Part shown: piece by piece, positions 39,721-52,699 of the stretch
Layout of the letters: each line of letters opens with the position of its first letter
Position numbering within the stretch: position 1 is the first letter of the stretch
Source of the DNA: Schmidtea polychroa
Taxonomy: Eukaryota
NCBI GenBank assembly: GCA_044892525.1
Contig: CM097885.1
Coordinates: 82,770,001-82,834,000, forward strand
DNA length: 64,000 nucleotides
Direction of reading: 5' to 3'
Made by a program: the position numbers and the translations under genes
The notes under the pieces: model-generated
What the model was told of the DNA's origin: nothing
What the model saw: the letters and a program-made list of their open reading frames with translations, nothing else
Database searches by the model: none

Positions 39721-41074
39721 CTAAAAACATCACAACATAGCTCCGCTTAAGGAATGTGGTGATGATCGAAACCGAGGAGAATTCAGCAGGGCCGTCTTTG
39801 GAATTTTGGTGGCCAACGCAACATTATTTATGGGGGAAAAAATGTCAGAAAAAAATTCGATTTTTTAAATTATTATTAAATACACACATTTATACATTTC
39901 CGTACAGAAATTGAATTTACTTACCATTACTTATGCATTAATTCATATTTATTCAAGTACCATCGAATGANNNNNNNNNNNNNNNNNNNNNNNNNNNNNN
40001 NNNNNNNNNNNNNNNNNNNNNNNNNNNNNNNNNNNNNNNNNNNNNNNNNNNNNNNNNNNNNNNNNNNNNNNNNNNNNNNNNNNNNNNNNNNNNNNNNNNN
40101 NAATACAAATTTCTTGCATGTATGATTTATAGACATGTAAATAATGTCTTAATTTCTGAGGGGTTCAGAAATTTGTGACATAGAGTGACTTTTGTTGTAT
40201 ATATGTTGACTTCAAAACGACACTAATATTGTATTGTGACGTTGCTATCATGACGTCATCCGTGACTTTTTAACCGTCAACTGATAAGTACCAAAAATAT
40301 GCCTACCTATCTCTGGCTACAAACGATTTGGACTGTTTAAAACAGGTTCTATACGTTTGCTATTACACATGCGTATATTACCATGGAACGGTTTTGGCGG
40401 GGAAGTAGCTGGAATTTTATATGGACCAGGAGAGGCCGGAATAGTAAATTTGGGACGAATTTGATCAATCATGTCAGTGAAGAATTAACGGAATGCGTTA
40501 GCAAGAAAAGATGTATCAGGCTGGTCAGGAAGAGAATATGTGGCGGTTCTTTTTCAGGAATTCTTTTCAGTATTTTTTTGACGTATCATTATCACTGCTT
40601 ATCAATATTCATTATTTTGTTAAATATCTGAATCTATTAATTGTAGAATTTAGTTTTAAAATTTATTTCTGCATGCATATTTAAAATCCAGCAGTGACGG
40701 CTATTCGCGTAAAACACAGAATAAATGCAACTATTATAAATGTTAATGAAAATCAAAGTAAAATGAAGAAAGACTACATAATAATTTTAAAAATTAATAA
40801 CAAAAGTGTTTTCATGCGACACGAAAATTCATCAAACGCAGTTAACATGTTAATTTGATCCCCATTGTAAATTCACCATGTGCTCCTTGATTTATGTTTA
40901 ATTTTTTCTGTTTAATTTTTACAGTTTCCTTTTATTCAATATAATTTAAACCGTACTCTTTACTAATCCTTATTGCTGCAACCGTAAAATCATGAGTAAA
41001 GAATCCCTTATCATTGGAATTAATAATAATAATAATAATAATATAAACAATTAATAAATAATTTAATTAATTAG

Positions 41075-41333
41075 AAAAATTTCGACCATCCAACCAGACA
41101 TATGTCCGGAATGTCGAGAATATTATCCGAAACGCGCTACGAGAATATCAGTGATTGGTGCAAAAGATATTCTTTTGACTGCAAGTTATCAACTACCAAA
41201 TTTCTTTTTCAAAATATCATGTGAAAATGAGCTCTACATTTCAAATTTGGTGAGTTCTACATTGAGCCCTCAATGGAATGAACATTTCCTTTTCTATCGC
41301 ATCAATAACGATTTGTCTGAAGTGAATATTCAG
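41075..41333 (+). CDS. Calpain-like protein, exon 8 (C2 domain T)
   Basis: CPECREYYPKRATRISVIGAKDI...KISCENE...STLSPQWNEHFLFYR matches the calpain-5 C2 tail; ttaattag| acceptor is phase 2 and matches exon 7; donor cag|gtggga. Confidence 0.85.
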
Positions 41334-41432
41334 GTGGGAAAATTTTTCAAATTTCCAATTAATTTTGTGAAACATTGTTTGTAAAATATAACATAATTTC
41401 TATGTAACTAAACTTATCACCCTGAATAACTA

Positions 41433-44082
41433 CAGTCTTCCACCGAATATAGTACGCGCGCGTTATATTCGAGTTTTCTGAAATTATTTTATATTTGAAA
41501 TATTTTAGTTTTTTTCAAATTAAATGCGCACTCAAATATAACACGCGCGTACTATATTCGAAATTCAATTTTAGAGTTAAATAATAAAAGTTTCATACTT
41601 TTATTTTGTAATTTTATTATTAATTCATAGTTCAAATAATATCACATAGTTCAAATCAGTTCATTTAATTAAATAAAATCAAAATCAATTCAAAATAAAA
41701 TTAAATTAAATTAATATTCATAAATTAAAAAAAAGGTAATTAAAATTTATAATTGTAAGCCGAAAAAGTCCTTGTGCTTAATAATATGAATATTTTTTAC
41801 TGTTGAGTTAGACCCATAAATAAAGCTCGACACTTCACATGCTTCCTCATCTAAAGTTGTGACTTGAATTTTCCAATTATTTATAATAGAAACTGAAAAA
41901 ATTTCAATATTGGTTCCAGTATATTCACCATTTTGAAGACAGTTTCTTTCAGAATCATCCAGCAATTCTTTGCAGACGGCATATTTGTCAATAAATTTCA
42001 AAACTTTACGAGTAAATTTAGGAAGCCAACTTTCGAAATCACTTTGAGTTTCATTACTTGCTTTCCAAATACAATGAAAAAAACTCGTGCGGATGTCAAG
42101 AGGCCAGTGCCATTCAGAATCATTATCCAAGAAAAAATTATTGTTTTGTTTCAAAATCTGTCCATAACTTGATTTCCACTCTTCAAATTTAAATGTTGAA
42201 TCATCGAAAAATTTTCTTAATGGCTCATGCAAGTTATGAATGTCGAATTTATCCTTTGGTACCAGTCCGCAAACTTTAAAAGCTTTTTGCACAGTTTCGT
42301 TGGACAAAGAGTCGATCCATTCTAGAATCCACTTGGAAACGATAGAATAATTAGGTGATTTAATATTTCCAGCCTTTGTTCGTAATGTGGAATTATCATC
42401 TTCTAAGGCATCTGCAAGATATTTATCATAATTTGTAGAATAATGTTGCTGGAAACTTCTATTAAGTGAGACATCCTCTGGTTGCAGCAATCCGGTCATA
42501 TTTGGTGGTATTAGCATGAAATGAATGTTATGTTTCGCATATTTCTGTTTCTCGTTTTCTGATTCAAAAAACTTAACATGTGTACCATAGGAGTCCATCA
42601 AAATAAGAACAGGTTCTCTACTGAAAGCTGTTTGTCTTCTCGTTAGAATTACATCAGAAATGAAGTTTTTTAAAATGTTTTCGTTCCACATGCCTGTACG
42701 ATTTACCTCAACTAAACATCGCTGTTCTACAGTAGGTTTATTAACAAGTCCTGAAAAGAGTAGATGAGGTTTTAAAACCTTACCTACACCAGTAATTGCG
42801 TAGGTCAAAGTAAAACGTTTGTGCGACGTTGACGATTTACGCAAAAAGACTTCTCGCGTAGCTTTTGAAGTTATCGTACTTTTTGGCTCACATTCAAAGT
42901 ACCGTGGGACTTGATCGAAGTTGATTATATTTTCAGTTTTTACATTCATTTTCGCAACGAAACCTTGAAAATTCTGAATGAAACTTCTACAAATTTCATC
43001 TACATTGTCCGGAATCTTCTTTGCAGTGGTAAATCGTCGTGAAGTTAAATTGTTTCGCTTTTTGAAGCGGTCAACCCATCCGGCTGATGCTTGAAATTTG
43101 TTTAACTCTTCATTACCGCCATGTGCTATAATATCATTTCGAACTGACAAAGCTTTTAATTGAATATATTTTTCTTTTACACGGATTCCTTTCTCATTTC
43201 GTAACAAAATCCACTGTAGAACTTTGTTTTCGATTTCTTCATATTCCATTTGCCTTCCACCACCAGCTAATCTTCTGCATATACGGGTACAAATATTTAC
43301 ATCACTTACCGCCTTAAGAAGATTCTCTTTTTTGTTTTTCCAACCACGTAATACCGATTCATTAATTCCATGTAGTTTAGCAATTGCACGACAACTCTTT
43401 CCTGGTTCACCTGGTTTAATTTCATTTAATATATCAACCTTTTGCTTGATTGTATAATTTTTTCTGTTTGAAAATGTTTTATTGCTGCTCATCGTATGGT
43501 GTTTTAATAAATTATAAGTTATGTACTTATTTAAAGAAATTTTATTTTAAACAAAACCTGATCTAATTAGAACAAATATTTAGATATATGTGTCACCAAA
43601 TTTCTAATGAAACTAAACGTAAACAAAAGAATTACATATTTTATATTTTCGCGAAAATTAAGCAAGGCCTACTTAGATTTGTATTTTTGAATTTACAAGT
43701 GAAGTTTTTAAATTGAATCAAAAATTCTATTTTGAATAGTTTACAATACATATATACATACATACTTTTATTGAGTATGATTATTCTACATAATCATTTT
43801 GATTGAGAAATTAAAATTGCGTGTACACTATAAACACAAGTCATTTGATTTCTATTTTCTAATAATATTATACGTATGTATATATATAATATAGAAACAT
43901 AAAAATGTTTTAACGTTAAAAAAACAAAAAAGCAAGGGTTACTTGAGAATAAGAAAAAATTTTTAGAAGAATTTGTTTGTTAAAATTTATAGAAAAATTA
44001 CCTGCAAATTTTACTTTAGTTAGAAGTTACATTATAAAATTCGAATATAGTACGCGCGCGTACTATATTCGGTGGAAGACTG
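41433..44082 (-). mobile_element. Full-length pogo-type DNA transposon, 2650 bp, in calpain intron 8
   Basis: 31-bp identical TIRs CAGTCTTCCACCGAATATAGTACGCGCGCGT; TA TSD at 41431-41432 and 44083-44084. Confidence 0.95.
41747..43492 (-). CDS. Intact pogo-like transposase (HTH, CENP-B HTH, DDD) with OTU-like C-terminal extension, 581 aa
   Basis: RKNYTIKQKV (HTH); FQASAGWVDRFKKR (CENP-B); NFDQVP / LMDSYGTH / LQPEDV triad with 39 residues between D2 and D3; no stops. Confidence 0.92.
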   Translation of the reverse strand: MSSNKTFSNRKNYTIKQKVDILNEIKPGEPGKSCRAIAKLHGINESVLRGWKNKKENLLKAVSDVNICTRICRRLAGGGRQMEYEEIENKVLQWILLRNEKGIRVKEKYIQLKALSVRNDIIAHGGNEELNKFQASAGWVDRFKKRNNLTSRRFTTAKKIPDNVDEICRSFIQNFQGFVAKMNVKTENIINFDQVPRYFECEPKSTITSKATREVFLRKSSTSHKRFTLTYAITGVGKVLKPHLLFSGLVNKPTVEQRCLVEVNRTGMWNENILKNFISDVILTRRQTAFSREPVLILMDSYGTHVKFFESENEKQKYAKHNIHFMLIPPNMTGLLQPEDVSLNRSFQQHYSTNYDKYLADALEDDNSTLRTKAGNIKSPNYSIVSKWILEWIDSLSNETVQKAFKVCGLVPKDKFDIHNLHEPLRKFFDDSTFKFEEWKSSYGQILKQNNNFFLDNDSEWHWPLDIRTSFFHCIWKASNETQSDFESWLPKFTRKVLKFIDKYAVCKELLDDSERNCLQNGEYTGTNIEIFSVSIINNWKIQVTTLDEEACEVSSFIYGSNSTVKNIHIIKHKDFFGLQL

Positions 44083-44559
44083 TAGATATATAGATTTAAG
44101 GCTCACTCAACTTAAACAATTCAACTAAAAGCAAATCTACTAAAACTCAATTCAACTAATTATAATTTGACTAAAGAAATACAACTTATCTATATGAACC
44201 TACCTGGGGTGTGGGTGTCAGGAGAAAAATAATTAAAAAATTTTAAATCGGAAAATTAAAAAATAAAATTTTAAAATCGAAATTGTTTTAAAATAATATT
44301 ATTATTTATATAGAAATTATTCAATTATTTATTTAAGTTTTAATTTATACAGTTTTTATGAATGATTGATAATTGAAATTTTATTGCCGATATTAAATAA
44401 TTAGTAATTGTCTCAAAAATATATTGTTTTAATAATAATAATTAAAAGATTATAATTATTTTATTTACAACTTGTACTGAAATAAATTTTGGAATTATAA
44501 GTGAAGAATTAAATGCTGTAATAGCCTGTAATAATCCAATTTATGCAAAATAATAATTA

Positions 44560-45793
44560 TTGAATATTGAAAGATGAGAAAACCGAACAATTATCTGAAT
44601 GCTGTATATGCTTCACAAAGCAGCTTTTGTTTCGAAAATTAATAAAGAACAATTTAATGATGTTTTTACAAAAATTACATAAATAGGTTATTTGCAAAAT
44701 TGTGTGACATTTTGGGAGCTAATTATACTTCACATCTATACTATTGTGAATTGTGTTGGCTGTCTCTTGCTAAAGTGATTCAAAGATTGTTCGAAGTTGA
44801 AGAAATTACAAGAAAAAATTAATGAAAATGTAAATTTTTTAGGAATAATTTCTTTATAGTCAAACTTGTATATTTAGTTGAAATTTTTGGTAAATTGAGT
44901 ATCTTAAATAAATCCATCCAAGGCCCTCAAATACATTCACTAATTCAAAGATATACAATAAAAGCTTTTATAAAAATAATAGATATCAAATGTGCAAAAA
45001 AAATTAATTGAACCTCACTGATATTTACACAGTTACCATTTAACATTCTTTTTTTTAAATTATTAAGTATAATAATTGTGCATTAAACTTAATGCGAGTG
45101 TAATTTGTATAAATAATATACATAAAAAAGAACGTCTAACTTACTCAGACTAGCAGCAACAAACGAAATTCTACCTTATTCCAATTTAGCAGCAACAACG
45201 AAAAGCTAATTCAATCAACAACGTCGAGCCGAATACCAATAAATACGTCAATACAATTTCAAATTAACAATGCAAATTTTATGATCAAAGATGTTAAATG
45301 CAATAAAATTTTGAACAATGTTGAATTTACAATTTACTTACTTTCCCGATTATTAACTTACTGTCCGTATAGCTCCCCGTGATATTGAGCACTTTTACTG
45401 TTTGTTACAACACTTTTCCCAGTTTCGAAGATTTAGATTTTTCAAAATTACCTTGCGTACAGAATACATTTAATGAAGAAATACATGATGAATATGAATT
45501 AATAACAATAGAAAAAGAATAAATGATAGATTTGTCATGTGATACTTCTCTGAAACAAATCAGCTCAATTTTGGTTGAATCAACGTGGGGAGTTCAATAT
45601 TTTATCAGTCAAAGCAATGCAACTATGACTGCCATTGACAGCCTCGCATTTATGCGAAACGGGATTTTGTGCATTAGCTGCAATAAAATCCAAATTCCGA
45701 GCGCAAATGGTAGTTAAAAAAGAATTACGGGCTACAATCTCTACTAAAGTACGAAAATTTTGATTAACTAAACAAGCGCAGCCATCTCATTAA
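44560..45793 (+). mobile_element. Buster/ZBED5-like hAT transposase relic
   Basis: YYCELCWLSLAKVIQRLFE, MIDLSCDTSLK, LCETGF..LAAIKSKFR, KQAQPSH*; fragmented. Confidence 0.8.
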
Positions 45794-46439
45794 GATTAAT
45801 ATAAATTTGGTGTAAATAAAAGTTGTTATTTTGTGAATTACCTTTTTTGGAAACAGCTGCATTAAATAATGCATTTTTTTATAAATTTAAATAATATATG
45901 CATATTTAATTTCATATATTAATATAAAAATATAATGAAGATAAAAATATTCAAAAAACTGTGGCACTTTGGCTCTTTTGATTTTTGATTTTTTTAATTT
46001 TCGACACTGCATCCTAAAAGGTTTTGCCATTCCTATGCTATACTCACTCTATCGACATTTGGTACAGACAGCAGTCGACGTTCATGGCATGTCATCGGAG
46101 GCCAAATGGTTAAAATGGTACATTAAATATAAATTAATGTATATTTCAGTAATTGCATTACAAAACTACAGATTGAACAAGGATTAGGGATTTTATAAGT
46201 ATAACAGGATTAAATTTAGCAGACCCCCCGTCATTCCGATTCAACATTTCCCTCTTGACAAAAATTAATGACAAATTAGATTGAATGTTTGAGTTTATTT
46301 CAATTTAATCTTTTGTGTAAATTTATAACAAATTTCTTTTTTTTCTTTAATTTTGACACGAGTTACCTACCAATTCTAGTCTAAATTTATGATTTAAAAT
46401 CATTTATTTTCTCATTGGTTTAAATCGGTTTAATTTCAG

Positions 46440-46631
46440 TTATTCTGTGAGAACAAACTGGGATTGAAATCAAGAATTTTCAATTATACATTCTCAGAAA
46501 AAGAACTGCGAGATAAATGCCGAGTTAATCTTCCAATTCAGGACGAAATAAGTGCCGAAAATGAATCCGACGAGAATAGAATTATAATTGAAATAGAAAA
46601 CTATTTTCTCTCTGAATTTAATAGTGCATAA
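46440..46631 (+). CDS. Calpain-like protein, exon 9 (terminal)
   Basis: aatttcag| acceptor, phase 0; 63 aa plus stop (LFCENKLGLKSRI...EFNSA*). The nine exons sum to 2016 nt, an open 671-aa frame. Confidence 0.7.
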   Translation, partial: LFCENKLGLKSRIFNYTFSEKELRDKCRVNLPIQDEISAENESDENRIIIEIENYFLSEFNSA

Positions 46632-47057
46632 CATTTGGATTTGAGTTTTATTGGTTATTAACGGTTAGTGCTTCACCATTTCATGAATCCCTTGGTGACA
46701 TTGGTTTGTTGGAGTTTGTCATTTTTCATGTGGTTACAAAGATTGTTGACTTCATGAGTAGCAATTCACTTATATCAGATGGTTATATCCAATACAAATA
46801 AACATTTATCATTTGCGCTTATTCTAAAATTGTTGGATTTATAATTTACATCGAGTGTTGCTTTTAAATATAACCAAGACTTATTGCACTTTTTAGATAC
46901 TGTTAGAGTTATTCCTTGCAGAATAACCTATATTTGTCCCATGTGATTATAGCTTTTCTAGGACAACAGATCAAATTTGCAATGTAAACAGAATTTCCAA
47001 AACTCCCTTTGTTTATCAATAATGAAAATAAAATTAAAGCTTTTACTGGCAATATCA

Positions 47058-47123
<66 letters not shown>

Positions 47124-47657
47124 TTAATAATAATGCAAGGTTTTCCTAAATGTTTCATCATCTTTATCAAAATGTTTAATCGTTAAATTATAAAATTTTG
47201 TCATGGGATCAAAATTTTATAAGACCAATATTTGGGTCACAAAAGATTATAGCTATCGTAATAAAAAACATAATTTTTTTAAATGAAAAATATAAAATAA
47301 TATCTTTTTTAAATGTAAAATTAAACTAAAAGTAGAAATTATAAATAATTATAAATATGTATTATAAATGTATTATAAATAAACTTTTCAGTTGTATTTC
47401 ATGCCATTTAGAGTAACAGCACAACTCATCACACGCTCAAAACGAGCAGTATTTAGTTTTAATTTAATTTTAGTTTAATTTTTTTTTGAAAGTTATATTT
47501 GAAATTTCTATTGAATAAAGAAATATTTGGAAACGTTTATACTTGTGACATTTAATCCTTAATTGCATTATGTAGCAAATTTGCAACATACCAGAATTTC
47601 ACGTTTAGATCGCCTAAAATAAATAAGAACTAACCATTTAATAGTGTTGCTTGTGAG

Positions 47658-48960
47658 TAGAGTTTGCAAAATAACCGGATATTTGAAAACCACGGTTTCC
47701 GGTTTCGGTTTTCAATATAATTAGTTCGCATAAAGAAGAGAATCTATACTATAATAAGGTAGATTTAATAATAATAAATTATATACCATTTAACTTTTTA
47801 ATTTCATTTATTTATATTATAAAAAATAATTCGAAATTTAACAATACAGAAAAAGATAAAAACATTATTAAATTGTCAAACAAAAATGATTATAGGTTAT
47901 TATTAAGCGTTTAATTATTACTAATATTAATTCTATAAAATTTTAATTTTTAATTAATGGAATTATCACTAAGGCGAGATCTCAGTTTCCGTGTGAAATT
48001 CACTGAAACGGAAAATACTCGTTCAGATTCGGTCGATGTTGGACGTACTGTTAAAACTGCATCATATAATTGTTGTAAAGTTTTAGTTCTTTTGCCACTT
48101 TTCTTATATATATCAAATTCTTCTTTGAGAGATTTATATGGGGTCTCTTGTACTCCACCCTCTTTGGATACATTATTTATACAAGCGTTCATTTCGTATT
48201 CTAAAGACATAATATCACAATGAACAGAAACATCATTTGAATCGATGAAGCTCTCTTCATCGTCAGATACCGCGAATGTTGATAAACTAGGGTACAGCCG
48301 ATTCAACAAACACATACCGAAATTTAAATTTTCTTTTCTTGGTACTTTTTGCTGCAGAAGACAGGATAACAATGAGTTAAGATCTGAATTCTCTCGAGAA
48401 CATAATCGCGTCTTGATATTTTCTTTCAGTTCGTTAATTTCAAGTATCGCTTCGACAAGAGTTTTTTCTTGAGTTCCGATTCCATCAAGCTTTTTCAATA
48501 AAAAATTAATTGCACCTTAGGCAGTAATTAAATTGGCGTCTTTCCTACTTAATGCAAGCACAGTGAGTTCTAATGGTTTCAAAATAGAGCACAACCCTTT
48601 GATTACGTCCAAATTGAGATCAATGATTAAATTAGTGGCGTTTAATTCTGTCAATGCTTCCACAATCGGTTTCTGAGTTATTTTTTTCATAATATCAAGT
48701 ATTCTTTTATGCTGTGAGCTAGTACTTGTTGAAGCGTAATTCGATAATTCAAAGGAAATTGCGAAGTTGTCGATATTCATTGTTTATTGCACATTAAAAT
48801 CTATGTGGAAACACTCTTGATATAAAAGCTGTAATTGATTTCATCATCAAAACTGTTAATTACATTTGTAAAAGTGCTCTTCGGTATCGAAGATTCAAAT
48901 AAGAAATTTGGGTATTAAATGTATGTGTTTTGCATCTATAATAGTTCTCTTTGTATAATT
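47658..48960 (-). mobile_element. hAT transposase relic with one TIR
   Basis: ILKPLELTVLALS...[in-frame stop]...VRPTSTESERVFS..RSRLSDNSIN; TIR-like TAGAGTTTGC with CCGG/AACC subterminal motifs at 47658; partner TIR not found. Confidence 0.8.
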
Positions 48961-51900
48961 TATTGATATCATTTTGTTTTTATTCATTTCGAAATTTATT
49001 GTGTTTAGAAGCTGCTAGAAAATCTTCTAAATTATTATTTAAATAAGATTCAAAACATAACGTCATAATTAATTATTTAATGAAACATTGTATAATTTTC
49101 AAACAAATTTTCAGCCTTGAATAAATAATTTTCAAAACAATTTTTTAAAAGTTCGATATTTAAAATATATTTATTTAGATATTATTTACTAATAAAACAT
49201 CTTTTTAAAAAATTTATTTATTTAAAATTTATCTTTAACAAAATCTCTTTTCAATTTAAAAATTATTTTAAAACTTATTTTAATAGTCCATTTATCATTT
49301 TAAATTATCATAATAAATCATTGAAATATTCAATTCTCAGTTGAAAACACCTCACAATTGTGTTTTGAGAATATTTCATACTAATTGGTTTAATTATGAA
49401 TTTAGTTATTTCTTGAAAAGAAATTGAGGTACAAGTAATATAACAGAATGTAAATTAATGGGGAGATAAGTTGGGGTAATGTATAAAAGCACAAAATAAA
49501 ACGAAAGTAGAATAAAAATCAATAAAAACACCAAAAACACATAAATACGAAAAATTTATTAAAAATTTATAAAACATAAAAATTACTTGATGGAAATGAT
49601 GGCACAAAAGCGATTAGAAAGTCTCGAAATAAGTGTTTCACGGATTCTATTAATTTTTAATTAATTATTTATTTATTTATTTTTTATTTTTTAATAAATA
49701 ATAATACTAAAATAATTTACCGTTCTTTCCTGCCAACATGGCGCGTAAAATTTGATTTTGTTCTCTCTCCATTTTGAAAATTAGCGATTTGAAAATTTGA
49801 TTTTGTAAAAATATTTTTTAAAAGTGACAAATTTGAAAATTGTAAACGCTTATATAGAAAATGAATATTTTCCTGTCCTATCAAAATCAAGGAAGGAGTA
49901 GGAAAATAATAAATATATTACGTTGCAGTATTTTAAAACTTTAATATATTTTAAAAACACATTTTGACGCTAAAGTTTACTTATTTAAGAAAGACATAAT
50001 AAAACTGAAATTATTAGATTAAAGATTCAATAGTTAAAACAAGATATATGAGATACGGAATACATTAGATATTTGATAGTGAAATCTTCTAGAAATTATA
50101 ACTATTCATTGATGTATTTATCAACAAAACATCAAAATAGAATAAAAACATCAATATTTAAAACAAAACGAGTGGGCAAATAAAATTATAATCAGACTAA
50201 TTGTTAGAAAATTAAATTCTATATATTAATGATTATATTAAAAATTCTTTAAAACTATGAAAAATTGATGAAAAATTCAAATTTACGATAAAAAATATTT
50301 GTGCATCATATAATATATGACATATACCAATTCTAATCAAATAATTTATTTTTAAATAAAGTTGTAACATGTGAATAAAATATTCTAAAAAGATATGTTA
50401 ACTGTATAAAATAACAATTTATCATACAAAACATACATGTAACACATAAAAACACGAATCAACGCATTAAAATTAAATGTTAACTATACATTATGTAAAT
50501 ATAAACTTAAAAAGTTACTTTAACCATGTAAAAAATACAAATTTTTCGTAAAATCATGTGTGTATTACACACAAAACAAGATACATAATTTTTAATCAAT
50601 TCATTTTATCTATATAATATATGAATAAAATCCCAAGAAAATTACGCCAACCCTATGAAAAATACAAATTTATCCTAAAAGCATGTGTATTACAAAAAAA
50701 GCAACAAACTGAAATTATAATTCCAGCAGTTTGTAGAGAATTAAATTCTGCCCATACATGGTTACACTTAAATCCCGATCAAACCTGTGAAAAGGGTCAA
50801 AAAAGAGAAAAACAGTTTAGGAGAGACAAGTGTGCTCCATGACTCATCGTTTTTTGTCATTTTGTCGTATTTACATACGAAGGAGTGCATAATTTAAATA
50901 AAGAATTAGAACAAATTGTTATGAAAATTACTAAAGAACAATAGAAAATGGGAAATAAAATTATTAAATAATTTGATTGTTTAAAACATTCAATTCAAAG
51001 GAAAAAAATTCATTCAAGCAAAATTAAATAAATCATGCAACACTCAAGTAGGTGTACGCTGTAGTGCCTAAATTTTCAGAATTTTGAAGACACTGATGTC
51101 ACAGAGTGACAGAGAATAATGGAGTGGGTATTACAAATTGGTATAAATACCGACCAAAATTTCATTATTTAAACTTTTACTTAACTTGAAATACACTCTC
51201 AGTATGCTCACCTGCTTATTGATTTTCAACTACTGTATACATTATCAAAATGGTCGATGCCATGGGTACGCGGGTTGTAAAAAGTAAAATAATCATAAAG
51301 GCGTTTAGGTAAGAGTTGATGACAAATTTAACAACAACAATAGAATATTTAAACAACACAACCCATAAGCACCAACTCTACCATTAACTGCAGATATCTG
51401 AATTTTGTTTTTGTCACTGCAATTAATTTCTTAACACATTAATCACAGCTGTACTCGTTTTAATACAGGCCATTTAATTAATTAATCGTTTATAACCAGT
51501 GTAAATTCTGTAAAATTGAATATCTGTCCTCATCTACTACTATTATAATTTTTTATTAAATTTTATTTTCATACTATAAGATATCTTAATCAAATGTAAG
51601 AAACACTAATTCATTAAATTTTTAAAATAAATTACTTAAATAACATTGATATTATATTTATTAACATATAATCAATTCACGTATTTTTTTATCTGAACTC
51701 ATTATAAAATTTCAAGAAAAATAAATTAACAAAATCAAATTAATTTCATAAATTATTAATTCTAAATAACATGTTCAACAATTTTGTTTTCAAATTTAAA
51801 TTTAAATTTGTAATTTCAATTCGTGAAATATTTGAATCATCAATATCATTAGATATTACTTGCGTTGTCTGCAAGTATTTGCTGAAGGATGCATGTCAAG

Positions 51901-52699
51901 GTAAAAGTACACAAAAGTCAGAAACTAACCGACTTGTTAAATAATAACCCAACAATATTATTTAATAATATGACTCATACTATATAACGATATCCGTTAT
52001 TTATAAAAAATTTATAAATTTAGTAATTTAATATTGTTATTTATATTGTTAATATTGTTAATATTGTTATTTATATTTATAGTAATTCTTAAATATTGGT
52101 AGTATAAATACCAGCAATTAATAATGAATAGAGGACAAAAATAGACAGTAAAAATTTCTATAATAGACGAAGAGAACACACTTTTCAGAATAAAAAACAA
52201 GAACTATTTCTACAGTAGCTGGAATAATCGATTTCGATCTGCTATCCATTTGGAATTTAATTTGGCATATAATTATCAGAATTTCGTTTATTTGGAACTT
52301 AACTTAGCGTTACACAAGATTACTTATTTATTATTTATTTCATAGAAATAACACCAGAGTACCAGTTATTTTTACTGTTGTTACCATTCTAAAATTTAAG
52401 ATGGAAATTGATAGGATAAAAGTAATAACCATATTCTGGGTAAAAAATCTGGTTCTAAAATCTTTGTGATCAACCCTCATATTGTTCTTGACATCTAGAT
52501 CGGGCTGTTGGCGAAATTTACCAGCCTTGATACCAACACAATTATTGTACACTACCTTTTTATTTGTAAATTTGTAATAACAATAATAAAAGTTAAATTA
52601 TATCTTGATATTTATTTATTTCAAAAAACTAAATTTATGTGCATATAATTAGAATCAGATAAATCAGTCACGAATTTGTTAGTTGCAAACCAATTATAC

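Noticed and set aside
41933-48472. Plus-strand ORFs opposite the pogo and hAT transposases (41933-42172, 43224-43457, 47957-48223, 48245-48472)
   Set aside because: Antisense shadows of real coding frames.
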